From a virus, in the IMG/VR virus record IMGVR_UViG_3300032516_000014, positions 1 to 64,000 of that record: 64,000 bases of DNA; one strand, written 5' to 3'. How positions within the stretch are numbered: the first letter of the stretch is position 1; every line of letters begins with the position of its first letter. Positions 9,625 through 17,700 of the stretch are shown here, piece after piece. A program made the position numbers and the translations under genes. A model generated the notes under the pieces. It searched no databases. It saw only the letters and a program-made list of their open reading frames with translations, and was not told the origin of the DNA.

Positions 9625-10157
9625 ACATCGTCGCTCTTGATTTGGGCATTCACACCGGCTTCGCTCACAACGACGGCTTCCAATTTGACTCGGGCACCTG
9701 GGTATTCAAGGGCAAAGCTGACCGGGATCTTGATTATCGCGTCTCCGATTTTTACGGCAAGCTTTACCGGCTGCTTGAGCATCGCCTGGGATCGCCTATA
9801 TACGACTGGGTGGTGTTCGAGGACGTGCAGTTCTCGACCTACACGTATCAAACGCAACTCTGGGCGAGCTTCCGGGCGGCTATGTGGCTCGCGTGTTACC
9901 ACCGGGGGCTTCGCTGCAAAGGAGTCCCGGTCGGCACGTTGAAGAAGTTTGCCACTGGGCACGGCGGCGCGACGAAGGAAATGATGGCCGCCTGGGCAGT
10001 GAAACGGTTTGCGCCTCGGCTTTACCGGGGCAGCGATGGAACAGTGCGTAGTCAGGGAACCAATTTCAAGGTTGACGACAACGAGATTGATGCGATACAC
10101 TTGCACGATCTTGCGACGCATAACGAATTGTATTTGCTGAACCACAAACTCCCATGA
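9621..10157 (+). CDS. RuvC-like Holliday junction resolvase
   Basis: ALDLGIHTG, VFED, LKKFATGHGGATK, DDNEIDA. Confidence 0.85.
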   Translation: MNIVALDLGIHTGFAHNDGFQFDSGTWVFKGKADRDLDYRVSDFYGKLYRLLEHRLGSPIYDWVVFEDVQFSTYTYQTQLWASFRAAMWLACYHRGLRCKGVPVGTLKKFATGHGGATKEMMAAWAVKRFAPRLYRGSDGTVRSQGTNFKVDDNEIDAIHLHDLATHNELYLLNHKLP

Positions 10158-10729
10158 GCGATCAACCCGATGTCCGACCGACGCAGATTGTAACTGTGGA
10201 CGAGCAGGGGCAAACCTTGCATCAGATTGGCGCGCTGCTGGCAATTTGCGGGAGTCTCACGCCTTATGTAATCGAGCAGCACAACGAGAACCCGCACCGC
10301 AAAAAGGAATTGGACGGCGGGGTGCAGTGTTCGGTGGAATCCCTGTTGATCAACACGTGCGACCGGCTGGCTAAGATCGTGGGCGAGGATGCGCGGTGGG
10401 CCTTCGACGAGGTTGCAAACACCGCGAAGAAGCAAAAGTTTCTGGAGAACCTGGAGGCCAACCGGCAGCTTATGCAGTTGCAAGCTGTCTCCGTGGCGGA
10501 GAGTTTGCGGCCCAGTCACCGGGAAGAGCCCGGCATGTTCAAATTGAACGAAACCCTTTACGCGGCCTGCTCTGGTCCTCTGGAGGAGTGGCGATGGCGA
10601 ATGGTCGGCATTGGCCAGTCTCCTTCGGCGGCGCTGCGAGACTATGACCTTCGGCACATGGGGCAGCCGGCTTCCTCCCTCGAAGTGCTGGAAGTCTTGT
10701 TCCCTGAAAACCGCAAACGCAGGAAGTAG
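10154..10729 (+). CDS. Hypothetical protein
   Basis: ATGA-coupled 191-aa ORF in the operon. Confidence 0.7.
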   Translation: MSDQPDVRPTQIVTVDEQGQTLHQIGALLAICGSLTPYVIEQHNENPHRKKELDGGVQCSVESLLINTCDRLAKIVGEDARWAFDEVANTAKKQKFLENLEANRQLMQLQAVSVAESLRPSHREEPGMFKLNETLYAACSGPLEEWRWRMVGIGQSPSAALRDYDLRHMGQPASSLEVLEVLFPENRKRRK

Positions 10730-10731
10730 CT

Positions 10732-11763
10732 ATGAAAAACAAATACCTCGACAAGCAGATTGCAGAAGTAGCGCGCAAAAATCCAAGTTGGGGCCGCGAC
10801 CGGATTGCCAAGGCATTAAATGCGCCGTATAGCACCGTGCGCAACGCACTGCGACGGCTTCAGGCAACGGCGGAAGCCAAGCCCGACAAGCCCTCTGAGT
10901 CTCTTGCGGTGCAAGTCGCGAAGAAAGCTCCCATCGAATTTGGGCGCCTGGGCCTGGAACACGTCGATGCGGGTGACTGGTTTCGCGTTGGCTTGGTGGC
11001 TGATACCCACTTGTGTTGCCAGGAAGAACGCCTTGAAGCGTTGCATTGTCAATACGATCTCTTCAAGTCGGAGGGGATCTCCAGCGTTTTACACGCCGGC
11101 AATTTGGTGGATGGTTGCGTGCCGAAGATCAACGGTGCCTCCGTGATTGTCAGCACCCCCGACGACCAGGCGCAATACGTGATCGACAACTACCCGACGC
11201 GAGCTGGTATTACAACGTATTACATTACCGGAGACGATCACGAGGGTTGGTGGATTAAGCAAGGGCTGAACTGGGGCATCATGCTGCAATACATGGCCAA
11301 GGCCCAAGCACGGGAAGATTTGCATTACATCGGGCACGTCGAAGCTGACGTGGAGATCATGGTCCCGGACACGGTGAAAAAGCCGGTGATCAAGATTCAG
11401 CACCCCGGCGGCGGGAGTTGCTACGCGCGCAGCTACGCGCCCCAACGCACCATCGAGAGTCTTGAAGGCGGGGAGAAGCCGGACGTGCTGGTCCAGGGGC
11501 ACTACCACGTCAACGGGTTTTGGAACGAGCGCAACGTGCACGTGATCACCCTGCCAGGATTCCAGGACCAGACGATCTTTGGTCGAAAGAAGCGTCTGCG
11601 TTTTGAAGTGGGCGGCGCGATCCTTGAATTCAAAGTCAACTCAGCCGGCGCGATCACCCGCTGCCGGTGCGAGTTCAACATGTTCTTCAACCGGGGGTAC
11701 TACAAAGCGTTTTTGCGCTCGGACAGAAAGCTGTTGAAAGGGCATCTGCGACTGACCGTGTGA
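10732..11763 (+). CDS. HTH plus calcineurin-like metallophosphoesterase
   Basis: N-terminal HTH (GRDRIAKALNAPYSTVR); DTH, GNLVDG, GDDHE, HP, GHYH. Confidence 0.85.
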   Translation: MKNKYLDKQIAEVARKNPSWGRDRIAKALNAPYSTVRNALRRLQATAEAKPDKPSESLAVQVAKKAPIEFGRLGLEHVDAGDWFRVGLVADTHLCCQEERLEALHCQYDLFKSEGISSVLHAGNLVDGCVPKINGASVIVSTPDDQAQYVIDNYPTRAGITTYYITGDDHEGWWIKQGLNWGIMLQYMAKAQAREDLHYIGHVEADVEIMVPDTVKKPVIKIQHPGGGSCYARSYAPQRTIESLEGGEKPDVLVQGHYHVNGFWNERNVHVITLPGFQDQTIFGRKKRLRFEVGGAILEFKVNSAGAITRCRCEFNMFFNRGYYKAFLRSDRKLLKGHLRLTV

Positions 11764-12332
11764 AGACGATCCTGCTAACGTATTACGACGACCGGCGGCG
11801 AGACATCGCCCAGGTTGCGGTCCCGGCGATGAAACGCTTTGCCGATGAGAATCAAATCGAGCTGGTCGCACTGGAGGAACCGACGTTGGCGAGCCCGATG
11901 GGGCACAAAATCCTCCTGGTCCTAAAGTTTCTGGAGCAGTGCGACCGCTTGATCTACGCGGACTCCGATGTTTTGTTTCAGAGACACGCAACCCTCCGGG
12001 ATCTGTTTCAGAAACCGGTGGGAGTCTCTCAAGACTACGCCGGCTTATGCACCGGCTTCATGACGTTTGTGCGAGCCGTGAAAGTAGTCGAGCTGGTGAC
12101 TCAGTGGAAGATCCAAGGAGCCCTGCCAATCCCCGGTCGGCCATTTCCGAGCGATCAACGCAGCTTCCAGAAGCTAGTTGCACGTTTGTCCGATGGTAAA
12201 GAATTGGTGGAAGAGCTTTCGCAGGACGTGGTGTCCAATCCATTAAGTTCCAAAATCGGCAGCCTGGCCCATCATTACTGGGCGCAGCATGCGTCCCAAG
12301 TTCTTGACCGAATGAGGCGTAGTTTGCGGTAA
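11760..12332 (+). CDS. GT-A fold glycosyltransferase (GT34/GT77-like)
   Basis: IYADSDVLF DxD motif, LCTGF, DQ; GTGA-coupled start at 11760. Confidence 0.7.
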   Translation: MKTILLTYYDDRRRDIAQVAVPAMKRFADENQIELVALEEPTLASPMGHKILLVLKFLEQCDRLIYADSDVLFQRHATLRDLFQKPVGVSQDYAGLCTGFMTFVRAVKVVELVTQWKIQGALPIPGRPFPSDQRSFQKLVARLSDGKELVEELSQDVVSNPLSSKIGSLAHHYWAQHASQVLDRMRRSLR

Positions 12333-12342
12333 CGCGACTGCC

Positions 12343-12390
12343 AAAAACGCAAGCCCGCGCGGGTAGAGGAACCGGCGCGGGCTTTTCCTT
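12343..12390. terminator. Bidirectional intrinsic terminator between the convergent genome arms
   Basis: AAGCCCGCGC (12351-12360) pairs with GCGCGGGCTT (12375-12384); T-rich tail on +, A5 at 12343-12347 serving the minus strand. Confidence 0.75.
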
Positions 12391-12404
12391 GTAGCATCAG
12401 AAAG

Positions 12405-12530
12405 TGGTGCCGCGAGCGGGAGTCGAACCCGCAGGACTGTTTGACTTGTCAGCTCGTTCACTGAGTCTATCCCGGAAGTGAACCTTCCAGAAAATCAAAG
12501 AGCCCGCGCCGGCCGCAGCATTCAAAGAAC
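12405..12530 (-). ncRNA. tRNA-like small RNA: canonical T-arm, acceptor 3' strand and CCA, but no canonical D or anticodon arm
   Basis: Minus strand ends GCGGG-TTCGACT-CCCGC-TCGCGGC-A-CCA (12432-12405); has its own promoter and terminator. Confidence 0.65.
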
Positions 12531-12537
12531 TGCGGAC

Positions 12538-12566
12538 AAGCTACACCTGCACGCGGAAATTGTCAA
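12538..12566 (-). promoter_or_regulatory. Sigma-70-type promoter for the tRNA-like RNA
   Basis: TTGACA (12566-12561), 17-nt spacer, TAGCTT (12543-12538). Confidence 0.7.
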
Positions 12567-13507
12567 ACAACTATTTTTCGGATCAAGCTCTCGTAAAACG
12601 GAAGAGCGTTGTCTTCCCAGCGCCGGGGGTAGTTGAATTTGAAGAAGTCCCATTCGTAGTGCGTCTCGGGCCAGGTAACCCCAAACTGAAAAGACCGCCA
12701 GGGAAGAGCGAAAAGATCTTCATCAGAGATTGCGGGACGCTGAAAGATTTGCGTGAAGAGGTCCGCGCCGATCCGGGATATGAGCAACATCGTCGGGTGA
12801 GAAATCAACCAAAAGAGTTTCTCCCGTCGCAGGTGTGCCCGGACAAAAGGTTCAATGGGGGTGTCGCACTGGGCGTCTTTCTGCGCCATGCGGTTCATCG
12901 CTTCGGCGTGCCGGGTGGTAAACTGCGGGTCGAATTGCCCCTCGCGGAGGGCGCGCGCGATCTGATCGTGCGTTTGCCCGGCGCGTAGCAGCCGGCGGAC
13001 GTTCTCCAGGTCTTTTGGGATGTCGGTAACGGGAAAGATGCTGCTGAGAGAAGGCGCGTGCATGCGCAAGCGGCGCCCTGGGATCTCTGCGGCTACTTGA
13101 CTGCCGAACTGCTCTAGGAAAGGTTGGTGCGCCGGCCACGCATTCGAGACATAAAAGTCGGTGTGTTGAAAGAACGCATGCACGAGCGGCTGCGCGAGCA
13201 GGGTGGGGATGCGTTCGGGAAACTTCCAGCTCACGATGCCCCAGCAATTCATCTCCGGCGGGTTAGGGTAGAGTTCCTTCCAGTAGCGGAGCAACTGCCG
13301 CCCGTGGCAGGCGGTGTAAAGTCCGAGCGTGGGCCAGTTCGGGCGCCAGGGCTCTGACCACACGATTGAACGTGGATACCATTCGTCCGCCTGTGCGGGG
13401 GCGGTGAAGAATCGTATTTCTTCGGGGGTAGGCGCGCGAGCCAGCAGGGCAACGAAGACCTGGGTCACGCTCTCCGGGGTGGGGTGCTCGAAGTTCCAGA
13501 TGCTCAC
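12563..13507 (-). CDS. WcbI-like polysaccharide biosynthesis protein
   Basis: LYTACHG and KLFWLISHPT resemble the WcbI-family xxNCQ and LFxxxNHP motifs; GTGA-coupled start at 13507. Confidence 0.55.
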   Translation of the reverse strand: MSIWNFEHPTPESVTQVFVALLARAPTPEEIRFFTAPAQADEWYPRSIVWSEPWRPNWPTLGLYTACHGRQLLRYWKELYPNPPEMNCWGIVSWKFPERIPTLLAQPLVHAFFQHTDFYVSNAWPAHQPFLEQFGSQVAAEIPGRRLRMHAPSLSSIFPVTDIPKDLENVRRLLRAGQTHDQIARALREGQFDPQFTTRHAEAMNRMAQKDAQCDTPIEPFVRAHLRREKLFWLISHPTMLLISRIGADLFTQIFQRPAISDEDLFALPWRSFQFGVTWPETHYEWDFFKFNYPRRWEDNALPFYESLIRKIVV

Positions 13508-13809
13508 GGGATCTCTTCCCTCACCGGGACGGTAGCCAGGTTGTATTTGTGCGCTGCCCAAAGCCGGTGGTGCCCGTCGCTCACAATTCGCCTGCCGTGG
13601 CGCCAGGTGATCAGGACTGGCGTGCGCACCCCGTATTGGCGCACCGAGGAGAGAAAGTGCCGCCAGGCTTCCGGGCAGGCTTGAAAGTGGCGCTGCTCGA
13701 TGTAGGCAAAAACTTCCCCCCAGTTACCCTCGTGGCATCCGCGGTAATCCACGGGGGAAGTGGACGCCAGGATCTCTGCAAGTGGGCGGGTTTCAAAAAG
13801 CGTTTGCAC
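13504..13809 (-). CDS. ParB/Srx-like N-terminal domain protein
   Basis: SVRQYGVRTPVLI…VSDGHHRLWAA…VPV. Confidence 0.85.
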   Translation of the reverse strand: MQTLFETRPLAEILASTSPVDYRGCHEGNWGEVFAYIEQRHFQACPEAWRHFLSSVRQYGVRTPVLITWRHGRRIVSDGHHRLWAAHKYNLATVPVREEIP

Positions 13810-13812
13810 AAC

Positions 13813-13855
13813 AAAAACGCGCCAGGCAGGGCACCACCCCTGTTGGCCTGGCGCG
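13813..13855 (-). terminator. Intrinsic terminator ending the virion operon
   Basis: CGCGCCAGGC…GCCTGGCGCG followed by TTTTTGTTG on the minus strand. Confidence 0.7.
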
Positions 13856-13879
13856 GCTCAATACGAACCGGCGGACCTG

Positions 13880-14566
13880 TCAAACAGCCGGCTTGAGCAA
13901 AGAATTTACCAGATTCCCATACCCCGGCTTTGGTCGGGAGGTCGGGGAGGTCGGGGCCAGGTTCTTCAGCCGGCTTGCCAACAGCGCGTTTTGCGCCCCG
14001 GCGGGCACTGGGCGGCCCGGCATCGGGGAGGGGGACAACGAGGCACCCCCCGGGGTTGCGGCTTGTTCTTGGCCTGGTTGCGCTCCAATGGCGGGGGTTT
14101 CTTCGTCTCCTGCCGCGGCGCTATCGCCGAGCAGCGTGGAGATCGGAACAGCCACCTCGGTCAGTTTCCCGGCCTTGTCGGCGTCCTTGATTTGCTGGCC
14201 CGGGATTTTCTCCGGGTTGAAAAGCGCGTAAGTCGTTCCATCTAAGGCGCGATAGAGGTTCAAACCGATCGACATCACGTCGTGCATGCGGGCACCGATC
14301 TCCTGCACCACTGGGTTTTTCTCGTCCTCCGGTGTCGAGTAGGCTGCCGGCGGGGTGCCCGCAAAGATTGCCCGGACCGGCGGAAGATCCAGCACGTTCT
14401 CGGGATTCGCGGTCGGGTTCACCTGGGCAACCGTGTCCTCTCCGTAAATCGGGGCGCGCTGGGCCTGGCTATTGGTAGGCACGAGTGCCTGCACCGCGGC
14501 ATCGTTGATCTTCGAGCTCGGGGCGGGGGCGGTTGGGTCGAACAGATTAGGGCTTCCGGTGGGCAT
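13880..14566 (-). CDS. Hypothetical Pro/Ala-rich virion-associated protein
   Basis: Start MPTGSPNL at 14566 preferred; last gene of the structural operon. Confidence 0.7.
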   Translation of the reverse strand: MPTGSPNLFDPTAPAPSSKINDAAVQALVPTNSQAQRAPIYGEDTVAQVNPTANPENVLDLPPVRAIFAGTPPAAYSTPEDEKNPVVQEIGARMHDVMSIGLNLYRALDGTTYALFNPEKIPGQQIKDADKAGKLTEVAVPISTLLGDSAAAGDEETPAIGAQPGQEQAATPGGASLSPSPMPGRPVPAGAQNALLASRLKNLAPTSPTSRPKPGYGNLVNSLLKPAV

Positions 14567-14747
14567 GGGGGCTTTCTTTCTTGGGACGCTTGTGATCATG
14601 CGCAAGCACATCTTCGAGTTGTTCGCCAGTGCCGAAGGTGGCGACGGCGTGCTCCCGGAACAGCGCGAGCTGTTGGGGGGTCATGGATTTCTGGATGTCT
14701 TCCCAGGTGATCCGCTTCCAGGTGCCGCGTTTCATAGGTTCGGGCAT
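14547..14747 (-). CDS. Small hypothetical protein
   Basis: 66-aa ORF starting directly after the giant ORF stop. Confidence 0.55.
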   Translation of the reverse strand: MPEPMKRGTWKRITWEDIQKSMTPQQLALFREHAVATFGTGEQLEDVLAHDHKRPKKESPHAHRKP

Positions 14748-14748
14748 A

Positions 14749-17700
14749 TCATTTCGGGCGAATCTCTGCCTTCTCGGCGGATTGCGTAGCGGGTTTCACG
14801 GCGCCGGCTAAACGCTGACGCCGTTCCCACTCGTCCACCAGCACGCGATGCCAGTTTTTATCAACCCGGCGAAACCGATCATCGGTCACTAGACGCTGTA
14901 ACTCGGCGTCGGGCATCCCCTGCGACATCATCTTCTCATTCTGGCTCGCGCGCTTTGGCATAAAATTCGCCGAGTTAATATCGCCCAGGTCGAGGCCCAA
15001 GTCAAGGGGCTGTTCTGTCGGCGCGGCCCGGATCTCCAGCCGGCCAGTTTCCTCGTTTCGTTGCAGCTTTTTCAACGGCTCCTCGAAAGACGCCAGCTCT
15101 TCGCCGGCCCCCCGAGTCCACCCGCGCTCGCCCCACAGCTTCTTTTCCTGAAACCACATCAGGGCTTGCAGGTCGTCCGGCTGCATGTGCAACTCTTTTG
15201 CCGCCTTTGCAAATGCTTCCTGCGCGAACAAGAAGGCGGGATCGGTAATGCCGCCCTCGCTGCGGGGCAGCAATCGCCACGGAGATTTCGTCAGCCCGTC
15301 CCAGCCCAGGCGTTTCATCGTCCGGGAAGCCCACACGTCGATGGTCGCGCCGTGATCGGTGCCCGCCAGGTTTTTCGCAAACTGCTGCGTCTTGAGCCCC
15401 TGCACTTCCTCGGCCCAGGTGCCGGACAGCACCCGCAAAACCTGATCCGAGTTCTGGCCAAATTGTTTTTCGTTCTCGCGAACTAAGGAGAGCTCGCGGC
15501 TTTCGATCCACCACTCCTTCAGCGCAGCGTCGGAGGGCACGATGGTTGAGTTGTTCTCGCGCTGCCATTGCCGCAACAACCCGCCCGTTTCCAGCTTGGC
15601 ATAAGCCTTCTTGTATGAAGCGATCGCGTCGTCGAACTTGCCTTCCTTCCAGAGGTTATACGCTTCGAGAGCATACTTGAAGTTTTGGGCCACGTCAGTT
15701 CTCGCGCTGGTGGCCGCGAGCAACTGGGCGAAAGAAGTAACCTCGGCGTCAGTCTTGAAGTGCTCTTTGATCAGCCGGACGGTTTCTTGATACCAGGACT
15801 TGCCGGCGAGCACGTCTGGGTCAGCAATTGCGCGCGCTTCTTCGGCAATCTTCTTGGCGAATGCAGTCGTCTGGGCATCTTGACGCGCTGACTCTCCGCG
15901 GATTCCTTTGGCAGCTTGCCGGGACAAAGGCGAATCGTCGAACGTGTATTTCACCATGTTCACGAGGGGCTTGCCTTTGGCGTTGATAATGTATTCGCCT
16001 TCGGGGGTTCGCTTGAACAGGACGGGCACTGACTCCGGGTGGAATTCAACACGTTCCTGCGTTACGCGCCGAGCGTAATCCCGAGCAAAGGCTTGCGGGT
16101 CCGTCTCCGTTACCTCGGCCCCGAACTCTGCTTGCTCCGCGTCGCCTTTCTTCGGCTTGGGCATGAACGCGGCTCGTTGCGCGCCAGTGTCAGAAATGAG
16201 GGGGAGGTGATCCAACTTGTCGATGCCCTCATACTCCACCAGGTTTGCGGCGCCTCCATCGACAATCTTCATTTTGCCGTTGAGGATGTTGACCCGCATG
16301 TGGTCGATGTCGTCGAGGTTCTCGCGCACCAACTGGAAAATCTTGTCCTTCGCATCCGTGGTCCAGGCGTTCTCGGAAGCCTCGATCGCTAGCGTTCCGG
16401 TGCGAGGTTCGTAGCGAACGCGAATGAAGCCTTCTCGAATGGCCTTCTCTCGTTCAGCAATGTCGGGCACGTTTGCAAAGTCCGTGCCGTATTCCGCGTT
16501 GAGCTTAGCGCTATTACGGGCCAGCCAGTCCTCGTGCATGCTGCCCTGGATGGAGCGGAACTTTCCGTCGGGGTCGATCCACCCGGAGGTTTCCAGCTTC
16601 TCAGGTTCCTCCCGCCGGCCGCGCTTAGCCATCATTGCTGCTTCGGGCGGTTTGGGCAGCTCGGCTGGGATCGCGTTCTCTCCCTTCAACAACGCTTGCA
16701 CCGCCTTCGCAATCTGCGCGGGAGAGGTCAGAACGGTTTTCCCAGTGCCGCCCACCGGGATTGAGTGTCCGTAAGGGTCCTTCTCCGTGGGCACCGTGTC
16801 ATAAATCGCCTGCTGCTGGTTGAACTTCCCAAAAGCGATCGTGTTGTCCCGATGCTTCTGATCAGGCAGCGCATTCACGTCGATGCTTGTCTGCGTCGGG
16901 TCGTCCATCTTGAACACCCCCATAGCCGTCCCCGGAATTGCAAGCACGTCCTCGTATCGGTCGGCTACTTTTTGCACCGCCGCCGGAGTGAGTGCCTTCG
17001 TCAGCACGTTCTCGCTGGCCACGGTGACGATGTCCACTTTCTGATCTTTTCGATCCCACACCTTGCCGGCGCCGGTGAACGTCTGCCCAGAGCTGGTGCC
17101 CTCGCGAACCTTTGCAAGTTCGTCGGCGACTTCCTTCGATTTCTCAAACGCTTGCGGCATGAAGGCGCCGTGAAACTGCGCAACCCTTGACGAAGTGCGA
17201 CTGGGCAAGTGGCCGGCGCGATAAAACTCTTTGATGTCGTTGATAATTACCGTTGGATTCGTGACGGCCGGATAAACCCGGCTATCACGTGCGTAACCGT
17301 TTTGATCAACTAAATCAACAGCCACCTCCCCCCACTCATTTTTCAAACTCGGATCAGCGAAGAAACTTTCCAGCTTGCGATATTGTGCCTCAGAAGGTTC
17401 TTTGTTTGAGGAGATCTCCGCACCGGGTAACTCCGGCATGATTCGGATCGCGCCGGAATTGACAAACGCTGTCAGCCCGGATGTTTCACCGGAGTAACCC
17501 AATTTCCCAGCACCGGCTTTCTTCGATGCCGCCGCTATGAACGGGGTAAGCATGTTTTCTCCCACCGCTTCAGCAATCGAAGAGTGGTCGATCGTGCGTT
17601 TGTAATCTCCAGGCGGGGCATCGGGACCTTTGCCGGTGAAATCAAGCTGCGTGCCGTCGGGTAGTAGATAGCCGGTCTCCTTCCACTTCTCCGTGTCTCC

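Noticed and set aside
12405-12490. Canonical tRNA-Leu gene
   Set aside because: No matching 5' acceptor strand at 75-90 nt and no recognisable D or anticodon arm; reported as tRNA-like only
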